A stretch of 64,000 bases of DNA from the human T2T-CHM13v2.0 reference genome, Homo sapiens (GCF_009914755.1 NC_060926.1), one strand, 5' to 3'. Positions 39,086-54,240 are shown, counted from the first letter of the stretch. The notes: generated by a model not told the origin, from the sequence alone. A program made the numbers and translations.

Positions 39086-40559
39086 GCATGCCCTTTTCCA
39101 ATGGCCTTTCCAATGCATACATTCACACATACCATCACACATACGCTTATTTCCTTTCCAGCTCTCTGCTAGCTTTGCTAGGGGGCAATTTTTAAAATTT
39201 ACATATGTTTTATTTAAAAAAATTATCTTTGCTAGGATATTACTCCTTCACCTGCAAGATCATACTCTTTGACATCTTATAATTATTTAAACTTCCTGAC
39301 CATGCTTTCCCATAAGATAATATCAATGATTCTTTCTCATGGCTGTAGATGAAACTGCTAATAGATGCCAACAAAAAGTGTCCTTTTGAAAAGAATCAGA
39401 AATGAATCTAGATTGTCCAAATTTTTTCCAGTGCCCATAAAACCTGGAGGCAGAGGGAAACATTTGAGGCCAAAATGGAAAAAAGAAATGAAAGCTAAGA
39501 GTAAACAAAACAGAGGTGAGCATTTAAATTATGCTAGTAGACGGTGGCACCTCAGACCCATCGCTGTCCAGTTCTGTGGACTCTGAGTCAGCAGCAGCGA
39601 GATGATAATTATGCCATCCACATCCATACAGCTTCTCAAAGGAACCGTCTCATACATTATCTCATTTTCTTCTCACAACAACCTTTTGAAGTAATTACAG
39701 CAAGATTTCCCACTGAATACATAAAGAAACAAACAGAGAAGATGACCTGCCCTTGACCTACATTTCTTTGCATGAGATTTGGTTGTTGTAAATAGAAATT
39801 AGGCAGAATGGATGGGCACCCCGAAGTCGGACTGTCTCCCTACCACAGGGGAAGGTCTTCAGGGCATAGCTGCTGGCTGGAACTTAGACTCCCTGACCCA
39901 GTGAAACCTGAAGCCCCATGTTTTACTATAGACAGCCTGAAACTATACTTTCTAGCTTTCATGACTGCCAAGATATCAATAAAATACGAGGAATATGTTC
40001 TTCTCAGGATATACCCTCACGGCTCCTGGAAACAGGGGCCCAAAATGAGCTGTCAAGAAGGAACCTCTACCAATTATTCCTAAATAACTGTAGAGATCAC
40101 AGATTAATATCCACAACAAGGCACTGACTAAATGAGAAAGTAGAAAATAAATATTTGGTGCCTCTCCACTTTTTCAAACCACAGTGTGAGAACAAGAAGG
40201 GACCTTTAAAAACACTGAATTCAACCTCTTCAATCTCAGTTCCTGCTTCTCTCTCTTCCCCGTCCAAATGTCCTCTCATTCCTGTAGCATGATGTCCCAG
40301 GTCCTTCAGAAACATCGGCAGAATTTCATAATTCTCACCTATCCATTTCCTAATTCTGCCCATGAATGACAGAGGAGAACACATCCTTCTCATAGAGTTG
40401 TATCCAACAGCCATTCTCCCTTCTTCCTGATGACAGGATTCCAGTTTGGGGAATGAATTGTTATTGTACTGGGTCATTTTCTTTTTTCATATACTCAACT
40501 TCCCAGTCTCCCTTGTGTGTGACTAATTCCACCCCCAAGAGGAAATCCCTTTGGCTCTC

Positions 40560-40840
40560 ACTGCTTGATTTCCTGGCTTTGACATGATATGAAGACATAA
40601 GGCTTGAAGCCATGACCACTATTTTGCAATCATGAGATGACTGTTATAAAGATAAAAGCCAATATCATGAGGATGATAATTCAGAAACACCAGGAAAGCC
40701 CTTATAGATACTCGGAACAGGTGAACCATGAATCAAGTCACCTAACTTCCAAGTCTTTATAAACAATAAATATTGTTTGCTTGAAGCCATAGTTAGATAG
40801 GTTTTAATTCTTATAGCTGGATACATCCTAACTAATGTAG
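40560..40840 (+). mobile_element. MLT1K/L-like LTR fragment
   Basis: attttgcaatcatgag...aaagccaa...catcctaactaat. Confidence 0.55.
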
Positions 40841-43800
40841 TCTTTCAGGTAACACATGTAATTTGACATAGGTTTCAAGGCCTCAATCCAAAAGACTGAC
40901 TAAGGCATTAATGGTGGGTCCCAGGTGCACTATGGCAGAGGAAGGATTTTTTGAGTAAAGACGTCACCTAAATGGCCACCACAGGTGGCCCTGTACATCT
41001 TTCTGTCAGCACAGCTGAGGGCTTTTTAAAAGGTGGAAAAGGAGACACACCCCCGCTACAGAGAATTATCATCACAATAATTAATATCACAGCAGCCAAA
41101 AAAAAAAGCCTTCTTCTTTAACCTTCACAGGATATACATATGCTATTTTCCCCAAAATAAATATCTAAATCCTTATTCCCCCAAACAAGTCCTACGTAAA
41201 AGCTGGATGGAATACACCTCACTGCCCACACCACCACCATCAAAAGACAAATAACTCATTCCTCAAAAACTCACAGTTCCAAAGAACCCAAAATGCCTCA
41301 TTATTTCTTATTAATATGCCTCACTCTTTGTTGAGTTTTTAAGTGGCCCAAACTGGAAATCTCCCTTTCCATAATAGATGTCTCCCTTCATGAGAGGCTC
41401 ATATAAAACCCATCTTCTTACCAAGTGGTTGATCTTGTAAGAATAGAGAGTTTCAGAATATTGTGAAGTGCCCATTCCAAATTTCTCCCAGTGGTCTCCC
41501 AAAACAGTAATTTTCAACTATCCGAGTGGGGACTTGAACCTTGGTTTTAGAAATACATTTTTCAGGTCCATTTTCTTACAAGGTATTTGCCCGACTTCAG
41601 GATTCCCTCACTACTTTTCATGGAATGTGGATCACTTTCTACCACTAATTATAGTGATGCCTGTGTATTTCTCAGGACAAGATTTTTGTAGTAAAGACTG
41701 TGTGTTTTCAATCTGCTTAGACCCATCAATACTCAGAAAAAAAGCCTTTTACTTTTTATTTAACGTCACAAGGCATCATTTTCTCCCCTACATCCTCATG
41801 TATATCTACCACGGAGGGGAATGTGGCAAGACCCCTGAGTGCAGCCTGCCCAGCAGAAAATGGAGAGACAAAGTTTTAAATATTCATCATTCCTAGGACT
41901 GATATTGAGGTCAAATTTCTCTCTTACTTAAAAAATTTAAAACACAGATACAACTGTTCAAGGGCTCAAGTTTTACAATCCCATTCCAAAAACAAAAGGA
42001 GTTGCGAGGTGGTTTCGGATTTAGATTCCTTTGCTAATCTGCAATTTTGGAGTTATGATAAAGCCATCTGACCTTTGCACATTAAACCAGCTGTCTCATC
42101 GCCCCATCTCCTCATTAAACTTATCCCCTGACTCCATACACTTTTCTTCCTCATTTCTGCTCCTGCAGACTCAAACTTCTTATCCTCTGTCACATATCTC
42201 CCCTACTTTCTTGTCACCTTTACTATATGCCTTTCCTCCCACCTGGAATATCATGAAATCACATCCCTACCTCTTGACAGAGATCGAGAGCATTCTCACT
42301 GCTCTCATTTGGCTCCAGCAGCACTAGCACTCAGACCCCTGTGAGGCAGTCATTCCTTTTGAACCCCTGGCTTGAGCTCTTATCATTCCCCAATTCCTCA
42401 GGACACGTGTGTTTCTCCTCAGTTGCTGATGGAAAATTGCATGTGCCTCTGTATTAATCTGAAACACACAGCGGTCTGTTGTGTTTTCCTTCTGTAAAAG
42501 GTGGTGCCCATATCTTCTGATCTCTTCGTCACTCCCTACATGGTTCCTAAGGGCTATCCACATACCAGGTACCCATTGTTTAATCTCCTAAATGTGAAGA
42601 AGAAATAGTTCAACGTGCACTGAAGGCTATTTTTCCAGTTGCAAGATACATTTGCTATAAGCTAGTCATACTCCCTCTTTCACATCCATATAATCAGCAA
42701 TAGCCGTGGACAAGATACAGAGAGAAGACTGGATATGCCTCGGCCCCACTGTTTGCTAATCAACTACCCAATGAATAACTTCTTCCAGACATTCTACAAC
42801 GAAATTTTTAGGAAAAAGCTAATTTAAATTGCCACTTTAAAAAACAGAACTGGCTAATATTGATGGAGAATTTATTATATATCCAACCAAACCTACAGAG
42901 AATAAAGAGAAATATGAGAAGGCCTCTGACTTTAATAATGATAAATTATTTGAAGAGATACTGAAAGTTTAAGGGGATTCAAATGAGAATATACGATGCT
43001 TCAACCTTTTGTACCTTCAGACTCTAGTACCAACCTGTACCAGTCCATGTGTGCCAGCAGGTTCCCACTCTCTCAGGCACATTCCCTCTTGCACTGAAAA
43101 TCAGAGGGATATCCTGCAGTAAACAGCTTGCTCTCTAAGCAGATGCTCTGAGCCTCAATCCAAAAGTCAGTTTGAACCTGATGGTGGGCAGCCCTAACAG
43201 TAGTCTAATTTCGTGGATTTAACGTTGGACACAGGAATACTTTTTACTTCCATGATTCTCAGAATTTCCAGTTCCCACAGTGCACCCCATGCAACAGCCC
43301 TGGGTCTCCTCTAAGGGAAGAAAATAACAACTCCCAGATGGGATGAATGGAAAAATGAAAGAAGACAGACTTTGCATCCCTTGGAACATCAATGGACCAC
43401 AACAGGACTTGCACGGTGTGATACTGCTCTTTAGAGCTTTATGACTTTATGCTTTCTCCAGGATGCATGGATAGCACTTGACTTTTATATGGAAACTGCT
43501 AATTCCTTATCTGTGAGTTATCTGTGGGTTAAAAAATCCCTTGCTTATCTGCCCTAATTCTTCTTTCATTTTGAACACTGTAAACAAAATTAAATGAAGT
43601 TACATATAAACAACAACAAAAAACTTTCCAGCTATGACAGATGGACCCAATCCATCTCAGTAGATAATATCTCATAAATGATTCATCACCATTGCTTTAA
43701 CCTGAGCCTTTTGTATTTTGCACATCTAAGTAAATAACCATTAGTAAGCTTTATGCATTGCACTGTGTAAATTATCTTGTGTCTGTCATAATCGAGAAAG

Positions 43801-45644
43801 TAGTACTGATATTTTGGGGGAAAGGTCTCTTCTAATTATTTCTTTGCTGAATCTTTTCTCCAGATAAGAGCTGTAGGTTATCACATAGAACTAGATTCAA
43901 CTCCAAACCTGATCTGGGGTTTTTCTTTAATATTTACAAATGGAGCATCTGTCTTACTTTAACACTTTAACAAATTATAGGAATTTTATGTTTTCCATAG
44001 GCAATATGAGTATTTGATATGTTTGACAGAAGAGTTAATTGTAATGAATGCTTACAGCACAGTCCTAAGGAGATACCTGAGTTTTCGAATACAGTCCTCT
44101 GTACCTTTAGAAATATAGTTCAAACCAACGATCCTGTTTACCTGGTGCAGGTACAAAACAACACAAGACTTCTAGGGCGGGCTTGCCTTTACTCTGCAGT
44201 TGAATAAGGAACTGATTGGCTCTGAATAATTCCAGGCCCAGTCTCAGCTATCCAAGCAGTGGATACGCCTTTGTTAACACAGATTTTTTTTTCCCATAGA
44301 TGCGTTGTGAAGCAAGGTGTCAAATTCCAAGAATATTATAGTAATGGAGTCACTTAGGATGAAAAAATTAAGCTGAGAGGTAGCTGAGATGTTCACGTTG
44401 GGCTGTTGGGACTAGCACCCACTCTTGGCAGGATGGACAGGTGAGATGGGAGGCCTTTGACTCCCTTTCTCTCTGTTTCTCCAAGCCGTACCTCCCCTGT
44501 GTCTCACTTCCTCCAAGGCAGCTAGGCCATGCTAGTTAATCATTAATCAGTTTATACTGCAGAGTTAGTGGCTGCTGATTCTTCATGCATAGACGTCAGA
44601 GATAACCTTCTTCCATCTTGGGGTTCCTTTCATCCATGGAAATGAGGAACACTGGAAAAGACATGGTAGAGATCTCCCCAAAGAGTCCACAGAGGGTACT
44701 GGTAATGCTACGTTGACCCAGATGACACATTCTGACATCTCATCATTTGTGTTTTAAATTAAAGCTATGTTGGACATGGACTGTGGAACAGAACCTGGTC
44801 ATTATAGTTTCTTTTAGAGCCATGAGGATAAGATACACAGAAATGTTACGTATCTAATGTATATAAATATCACCGGGCTAAATAATAAGAAATTATTACA
44901 AAAGACCAAATAAAAGTTATCAAGAAGGTCAAAGAAGTGGGACAGGTCTGTGAATTACCCTGGAGCAAATGAATAAAGGTTTAAAAATGTAAATGTCAAG
45001 AGGAAAAAAAACACAACCATTTTAAAGTGGGTTGACTTTTGCCCCAGTTCTGAACTATGCTGATAAATAAAATAAAAGTAACTAATTAGCATAAGTCGAG
45101 CCTTAACAGCTCACCACCCTATGAGTCATTTTATGGTGTTTTCAACAAGCAAGGTCATTAACACTAGATAGCACAAACCAAATAAATAATTTAGACACAA
45201 GCCTACTGCACACGTTTTGGGGTTCCTTTGTATGACCTCTGAAGGAAACGGCCCCTTGCTTGGCATGATAGAATACCAGTGAGGGTGAAGTCAGATGGAA
45301 ACTTTCTTCCCATTCTGAAAATGGAAGTAACACTGTGGATCAGATCCAAGTTCAAGGTGAAGAGAGGAAGGAGGTTGCCAATACTATTTACTCACCCCTT
45401 CCCTTCTCCCCTTCCCTCACCACCAGGATTAACTGCAGAGTTCAAAGTCTTGTATCTAACCAGGAGGGGCTTTTGTCTGCTCCTCACTGAGGACATTGGC
45501 AGGAAAGAAGTACCACTGTGCCTGTGCAATCACAATGCAAAAGTTGTCTATAAAGGGCAGAACTTAATGAAATGTCTTGGACTCAGCTTGAAAACTTAAT
45601 TAAATGATAATGATTGTGAATGAGTTAGCTTTTACCCATTGTCA

Positions 45645-46070
45645 CTGTGGCATGGCAGTTTAAGTCACATTCTGGAGTCAGATAGATCCATGTTCTAATC
45701 CAAGTTATAGTCATTCATTAGAACCCTGGGCTTCAGTTTTCACATCTGTAAAATTGATATAATAATAGTATTTCCCTTATAAGACTGATTTTTTTTTTTT
45801 TTTTTTGAGACATGGTCTCACTGTGTCACCCAGGTTGGAGTGTAGTGGTGTGAACATGCCTCACTGCGCAGCCTCAGGCCTCTGGGCTCAAGCAATCCTC
45901 CTGCCTCCACCTCCCAAAGTTCTGGGACTATAGGCATGAGCCATGTGTCCAGCTTAAGGATTAATAGGATAATGATTCTCAAGCACTTAGCCCAAAGCTA
46001 GCCTGACATATACTATGAATTCAAAAAAATCCTAAATTTTTTTCTGTTAATATTATCATTATGTTATTAT
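45645..46070 (+). mobile_element. MIR interrupted by an Alu monomer
   Basis: tctggagtcagata...ttcagttttcacatctgtaaaat...aagcacttagc. Confidence 0.75.
45789..45954 (-). mobile_element. AluJ/FRAM-like monomer (left-arm 5' end joined to right-arm 3' end)
   Basis: poly(T), gagacatggtctcactgtgtcacccagg...ctcccaaagt...gagcca. Confidence 0.9.
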
Positions 46071-46389
46071 TATAAAGGCAGCAGACCATCATGAGAATAC
46101 GTACCTTGGTTGTCAGGCACATTTTTCTAGAAAGTGGCAAAAAAGTGACAAATACCTTCCTTCTTAAAGTCACCCTGATCTAAGCAAAATTAAGTGGAAC
46201 AAAGGCCAGTGGGTGAAATGGTCAATAAAAAGCAAACAGGCCAAGGATTTTATCATAGAGATGATCAGAGGCCAGATTTGAATATCTTGTTTAAGCCTCA
46301 TAGGTAAACATAACTGCCTATCAAAAATGTCTTCAGCATTTCATTCCAAGAAGTACAGCTTATATTAAAAACTGCACAATTACTACAAC

Positions 46390-46508
46390 TCTGAAAGATG
46401 TTATTATTTACAGAAACTGGGTAAAGGGATCACAGGATCTCTGTGTATCATTTCTTACAACTGCATGTGAATATAGAATTACTTCAACATAAAATGTTAA
46501 AAAGAAAA
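46390..46508 (+). mobile_element. L1MC/MD-like 3' end
   Basis: gaaactgggtaaaggg...tttcttacaactgcatgtgaat. Confidence 0.7.
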
Positions 46509-46805
46509 CTACACTACTTCAAAATGCTTGACCCAGAACATGGGATCATAGAATGTTTTATTCAAAAGGGATCTGGAAGAAACCATATGGCCCAGCCATT
46601 TTTTTTGACGGATTAAAAACTGGGAACTAGAAATACTCAGCTTTTTAGCTACTAGTAGCTTCTAATCAGAGCTTGTTTCACAGCCCAATGTTGCTTCTCC
46701 ATACATTAGCATGTGCTGTGTGCCCAATATATGCACCAGCCCCTTGACAGAAGCAAAGAAGTTGTATGCCATCATCCCTAATTCACACATAAGAGAAGAG
46801 AGGTA

Positions 46806-46885
46806 TTGGGTTGGTGCAAAAGTCATTGCGCTTTTTCCCATTAAAAGTAATAGCAAAAACTGCAATTACTTTTGCACCAACCTAA
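46806..46885. mobile_element. MADE1 (Hsmar1-derived 80-bp MITE)
   Basis: Near-palindromic ttgggttggtgcaaaagt...acttttgcaccaacctaa, 80 bp, TA TSDs. Confidence 0.96.
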
Positions 46886-46949
46886 TACAAATCTAGAGGA
46901 TAATTTTAAGCATATGGTTCTGCATTTTTACCTGGTTCTAGTATATGGC

Positions 46950-47810
<861 letters not shown>

Positions 47811-48369
47811 CACAGTAGTTGCACAATAAATATCAGACCACTCAACCACTCACTGACTAATAAAGGGAGAAAAGTTATTGACATTACAAACCAAGGAAAC
47901 CACAGGAACCAAGTCATGGAGATATGGAACAGATTATTGGATTCAGGAGTCTATAACTGAGTAGTTTGGAGGGAGCTTAATATACAAAGGAGAACAGAGA
48001 TGGCAGAGAGATAGGCAGAGACCACTCATGAAGGGCTGGGTGGAAGCTTGGACATTACTCTGTAGGCAGCTTAACAGTGACTGGCAAGAGCAGCCCTTTG
48101 TTTCAGAGTTGCTCATTAAACTAAAAGTGAAAACTAAATAAGACACAGTGCCTGCCCTCAAGGGCCTCATTGTCATGCAGAGGAGATCATATACAAGCAA
48201 ATCATTTCAGTTCAGTATGTGTCCTTAAGGGCAGAAATAGTGTAATATCTACAGTGTCTTTGGAGCATAACCTGTAGCAGGTAGTGAGTAATTGTTTGCT
48301 GAATAATTTTGATGTGTCAATGTGTTTTTTTTATTATTGCAGATATAATAATAAAAATAATAAAGGTAA

Positions 48370-48590
48370 CAGTAACTAGCATTTGACAAGCACTATGATA
48401 AGCCCTTTGATGCATTATCTCATTTAATCCTCACCACAATGCTCTGAGTTGTACACTGTTGTTATCTCACTCTACAGATGAAGAAAGCAGGCTTAGAGAG
48501 TTACCCAAGGTCACAGATCTGGAAAGAGGCAGAGCTGAGACTTGAACTCAAATCCACATGACTCCTAACCCCTGGATCTTATTTCTTATA
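48370..48590 (-). mobile_element. MIR SINE
   Basis: tctcatttaatcctcaccac...cagatgaagaaagcaggcttagagag...ccaaggtcacag. Confidence 0.88.
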
Positions 48591-51169
48591 CTAAGAGTTA
48601 AATTGGCAAGATTTCCAATTATCTTTTGTTTGTGTTCCAATTCTAGGGTTAATGGTTAGTTTTTTACGTAAATCATCATCCTTTCACCACAGGGGGTAAA
48701 GCCTATGAAAATGCTGATTGAGTGAAATTCAAGAGCAATGTGTTTGTCAATGGCCATTAATCAATCTATAATCAATGTGTAAACACTTTGCTAAACAATT
48801 AACTTGTTGGAAAATGTGTAAACAAGACAATTCCAGCTAAGGCAGATATTAGCCAATAGTTAGGTCGAAGAGAGCACAACACTGTAGCTCAAAAGACCAG
48901 CATGCCGCCCTTCATTTAATTATTTTTGTAACATACCTATTGTATATGTAATGAACTTCCGTAGAAATCAGCCCCCTGGGACCCTCAGGTAATTGAGAAT
49001 CGTTCCTTTCTGCCTGATTCACCAAATAATCAGTTTCACTAATAATAAAAAGAAGATCTAGTAGGGAGTGCAATTGTAAGACAGCAGGTTACAAATAAAC
49101 AATTAATAAAACTGTTTTGGGTTCAACTATGTCATTTGTTTTTGATGCCACAGTAATTTTGGAAGGGAGCAGAGTGATCCTCAGGGTCTTACTAGGCTTT
49201 AGGGACCTGTGAACCACCTTTCACCTGTCTGCCTATGCTCGTATGAACATACACATTAGGAAGAGGAATCCACAATTTATCACATTCTTATTAGGATCCA
49301 ACACTCAAAAAAGGTTGAAAATCTCCCCTCCCCGCCAGCGCCGGCTTAATGCAAATGGGCAAACTACGGCTCAGAGATGTCAAGACAGCTACACAATGCC
49401 ATGCAGTTGTTTATGGAAATTCTGGAACAAGAACCCATGGCCTCCCAGCCTGAAGCTCCATCTCCTATAACAAAATTTTAATAAACTCTGGACCTGACAA
49501 CATGAATGTGGCCCATAAACAACTGCAGAATAAAATCAATGTCTAGAAGAAGCAAACATCTCCCTACCACTCCACATTGAAGTCTGATACCTCCAATAGT
49601 GCCACTTTAGGGTCATATATTTAAAGGTAAATGCTTACAGCCTAACAAGCATTTGTTTATACTTCAAAAGAAATTCATCTTTCAAATACTCCCATGGCAT
49701 TATATTTCGATGGGATGTAAAAGTGACTTCTCTTTCCTCCCTCCATCTCTCCCCCACTGCCTCCTCCCCTGCTGCCATGATTGGCCACATCCTCCAGCAG
49801 CAATAATAGGATCGCCTTCCCTACTAAGAACCCTGCTGTTATTTGGAATGTAATTGCCCAGCACCCCACAGAGAATGCATTCTCTCAAGCTCCAGCAAAG
49901 CTTTTCCATTGAGACCAGGCAGAGTACATTGAAGGCTAATTTGGAAGATGTTAAGAATATGTTAAAATAATGAACTTCAGTTTTTCAAATGAAAATAGAA
50001 ACCCTCCAAATTAAGGACTTGACTCTCAGCTCTATTTTCATATTACCCCTGGACTAGAGTTACATTTTTTCAGCCCAGTTTATGCATCTGTGGGATTCTG
50101 AACAGGATCTAAACAGGCAATCCATCTGATTCATTGAGAATCTTCCTGACACATGACTAGGGTTTCTAATTCCCACCAAACTCCAAACACATAACTCTTC
50201 CATGCCACCTCAGCCCTCACTTCCAATTTTCCTAAATGGAGTGTTTGGCAGCTTCAAGATAGTGAAGGAAACACAGAAGCCACGTCTCTGGTTCCACCAG
50301 GCCCAACATTGGCCTGAGGGATTAAAACAACTTGCAGTGACTGGAGACCATCTTGTTCACCCTGAGGGGCTTTGCTCTAACTTGTCTTTCCCAACACAAT
50401 TTCATGAGTTTTACCCATTGCCAGGTTGTTTTTACTTGATTATGTTGGACTAACATAGCAAGAGATCCACTCTTACTTCTTGGGATGCCAAGTACCTATG
50501 ACTGTTACTTAAATGCTGCAAATTGACAGGAGGATGTTCTATATGTTTGTATTTTAAGTGATAAGGAAATATATGTGCTGTTTGCTGCCATGACAGTGAG
50601 GGAGTTTTGATGACATAAATGTCTCCAGAAAGATGAGTGAATTGGCCTTTTCAGAGAACAAGGCTGCCAAGAAACTGAAGGGGTGGAGGTGGTGTCAGCA
50701 TGGGGGAACACAGTCTGGCCTGTAAGTTAGGCAAATCACATTCTTTATAACTATACTTTAGACATTGGTTTTTCTATTAAAATGGACAGATATGACATTC
50801 AATTAACATGCCTCACCTTTATCTCCTTTGGTTCAAATTAACCCTCTGTTTAAAAGCTCTGAGCACCACTAAAAATAAATTTAACAAATTATTTGAAAGT
50901 TCTTAATTCTGATTAGAATCAAATAATTGTACTTTTTTTTACTGTAAGCATCAAAATATGTTTAAAGGGATTTATTTATTTATTTATTGAGGTGGGGAGT
51001 TAATTTGTTGAAGAGTGTCCTTTTCAAAATAAGAGAAAAATCTTTATACTGCTGGGCACAAAATCGCATTTCACAGTCACAAGACCAAAACCAACATCAG
51101 GATTTTCTGTCCTCAAATTTTCTTGTTTTCTTGGATAACTTAATTGGCACCTAGCAATTAAGAAATCAG

Positions 51170-51700
51170 TAATTCATTCCCACATATTTACTGAGCACCT
51201 ACAAAGTACCTGACTGTATTGGAAAATAAGCAAAGCCTTCCTCACTGAACTGGCTTAAGAGATAATAAGCTAATGTATATGGGCTGCATTGTCATAGGTA
51301 CAGCTGTGAATACATATGTCAAGCAGGCTAGGGGGATAGACAGGGACAGATGCTGTCAGTTAACAGAGATTGATCAGGGAATTCCTCTCTGAAGAAATGA
51401 CTTCTAAGTAAGGCCTGCGTGTGTGAAACAGCAATGGCACATGAACAACTGGAGAAGAGCAATTCAGGCAAAGGGAACACACAGGAAGCAAGGGCAAAGG
51501 TCCTTGGATAAGAAGGCTCCCATGTTACCTATGTAACTGAGCCACAGGGATCTTGGGTGCTAGAAACAAGGTCAGAGAGGCAGCCAGGAGCCCCATGTTG
51601 CTTCTTATGGGCCACTGTGAAGTTGGGTTTAATTCTAATATTATGGGAAGCTATTGATGTATTGAGTAGAGGAGTGACCTGATTGTTTATATTTTAAGGG
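51170..51700 (-). mobile_element. L2 fragment
   Basis: tcattcccacatatttactgagcacctac...gggaagctattga...aggagtgacctga. Confidence 0.75.
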
Positions 51701-51769
51701 GATGTTCCAATCAATAGGAATTTATTCTAATTGTCTTCTATGTTTATCCTTTATCTTCAGCTCACAAAT

Positions 51770-52570
51770 TCCATTGATTCTTCTTCACATGGCCATCTTT
51801 TTGTTTTTGGCCCCATCCTAGAGCTACATTTCCTTGTACATGGGCCATCACAACATACTTCCAGCTGGTATCTCTGCCCCTAGTTTCTCCAAGATCCAAT
51901 TCATTTAGTAGAAGTGCTAAATTGATCTTCCAAAAATACAAACCCATCCATGCTGTTTTCTGGCTTTAGAAGAGGAAGCCATTGGCTCCCTACTGGCTAT
52001 AAGAAAAAGCTCAAATTTCTCATTCTGTCATCAAGAACTTCACAATATGGCCCCAACATTATCACCACTAAGGCAAAAAAATAAAATAAAGTAAAATGAG
52101 CTGATCCCGGCATGAAACATTCTTGATTCACAGCCACATACCTCCAAGATTGGGATGCTATATTCCTTTACATCAGCCATATATATGACTTGTCCCTCTG
52201 GTCATAATTCAAAGACCACCTTCTCCTCTCAGGACCTTCTCAATGATTCCAGCTCAGAATGTCTACAGTGCACGCATCCAGCACTACACAGTCTGATATT
52301 TTTTTAAGACTAGTCAAGTGCAGTAGTGAGAAGGGGAGAAAGTCGAACAAGGAATTTGATCCATAACTGACTGTGAAAAATCAATTGAGGTAACTCCCCA
52401 CCTTGGGACAAGCCTAATACATATTTTTATATTCCATCTTGAAATATCATGTACCAGCTTTATATAATTTATATGATATCTTCACACTAAAACTGTAAGT
52501 TCCCAGGGGCCTTAAGACTTCAGTAGCCAACTCAGTGGCCTTGCACACACAGTACAGAGTTTATCTTCAG
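51770..52570 (+). mobile_element. L2 fragment hosting the Y RNA insertion
   Basis: ctggtatctctgcc...tggctcccta...actgtaagttcccagg. Confidence 0.65.
52306..52414 (-). pseudogene. Y RNA (RNY1-derived) retropseudogene
   Basis: Reverse complement GGCTTGTCCCAAGGTGGGGAGTTACCTCAATTGATTTTTCACAGTCAGTTA...CTCACTACTGCACTTGACTAGTCTT followed by A7; matches hY1 end to end. Confidence 0.95.
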
Positions 52571-53774
52571 GCAATGCTTACAATCATAGGCCTTGTAAAT
52601 AAAAGAAAAGTTAGAGCTTTTCCAGTCCTGGTCTCTCATTTCGTGGGTAAGAAAATCAAGATCTTTGGATGCGAAGGGCTTTGCTCAGGGCTACACAGCT
52701 ACTTAATTGCATAAAAAGAACTCAAGTACAAGTCTCCTGACTCTTTCCAAGACATCATGCTGACTGGATCAAAGAATCAATTCCAATAACTTGTCTGACT
52801 ATTACCACATCCTAGCCATTAGGACTATAAGTTTCCACTCCTTCTAACACTTTTTTCTTTTCTTTTCTTTTCTTTTTATTAAACCACAACACTGCTATAA
52901 AGTGATCAGATGACCTCTACCGATTATGAAAAGCATAATTATGATCCTCAGTTACAAATAAGAGAAATAAGCTCTGGATAGCTTTAGCAAAAGGAAACCA
53001 TTTAGAAAGGTAGAATAGGGCTGGCAGAAATGATGGGGGGCTTGAGAATGGAAGGAAAGCACAGACACTCCATAGGGCTGGGAGGTGGACTCTGCAGGCT
53101 TCAGCATAGAGCAAGTCTGAGCAGCCCAGCCCTGCTATGGTGAACAGTCCTAGTGCCACATGTTCAGCATTCAAAGACCCCCATCTACCCAGAAAGTGAC
53201 AGATTGGTCAAGTCTAGGTACCTAGAAGATAGGGAGAGAAAAAGTCCAGACCCTTCAGCTTCTGTGGTAGAAAGCAGGTACCAGAAATAACATTTCCACC
53301 AATATCACTCATGGAGGAGATTAATCATCCCAAAAGAAATTGTGTGCTATCATGAAGGGAGAATGATAGGAAGTCAAAATCTCAAATGTCTACTGCATCA
53401 ATCATCTCTACTGACATCAGAGCAAAATGTCAATTCTTCAATTCCATTTCTCCTTGGAATGATAGCATAGAGTAGGGACAGAGTGAGGGAATGAAGGGAT
53501 GAGAGAAGCAGGGAGGTTAGGCTGCCTTGGAATGAGATCCACCATTTGCTTAAAATGGTCAGAATCACTTCATCTCTGATGAAATGCCAAAGCATACATA
53601 TAATTACTGCCAATTACTCCTGATTTTCACACAGGGAAACTGACTCAGAATGCTGCCTATAAACAAAGGGAGGTTAGAATCAGAATTCTCCCAGGAGATA
53701 TACTGGGATGCAAATGCTTACAGGCCTGTGTTGATTTCTTAGGCCCTGAGTGATCTAAATTTGATTATTATTAA

Positions 53775-54240
53775 TAATGACAATAAAAGATTCTGTTGCC
53801 TTACTATATATGCCTGCATCTTACCAGGGACATTATGTACATTATCTCACTTGTTCCTTGGGAAAAATCATGTAAATCAGTATTATTTTTTTGCTTTGTG
53901 GTCAGAAAAACTGAGGCTCAGATAGTACAAGTCAGAATTTCAACCTAGATCTATTTGACTTCAAAGCTTCTGTGCTTTCTGTCATGCTAACTAGAAAAAC
54001 AGGGGACCCAGAGTCAGAATATTTGGATGCAAGTCACAGCTCTAGCAGTTACAGGTCTATAGCTTTGGGTAAACCATTTTAATTTCTCTGTGCCTTGGTG
54101 GCTTCACCCAGAAAACACGGATAACTGGTAATTACTAGTTGTTCTCCCTCATAAGACTGTTAAGAGCAACATATGAGAAAGGGTCTTGAAAACTAAACCT
54201 ATAAAATGCTATTCAAATAAATCTTAGTAATTATCATTAT
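53775..54240. mobile_element. Two MIRs, divergent (- then +)
   Basis: gaaaaactgaggctcaga...tgacttcaaagc; then agtcagaatatttgg...tttctctgtgcct. Confidence 0.7.

Noticed and set aside
40974-40990. ggccacc-aca-ggtggcc palindrome; similar 9-bp arm hairpin at 13591-13611
   Set aside because: Arms are short enough to occur by chance; no supporting context
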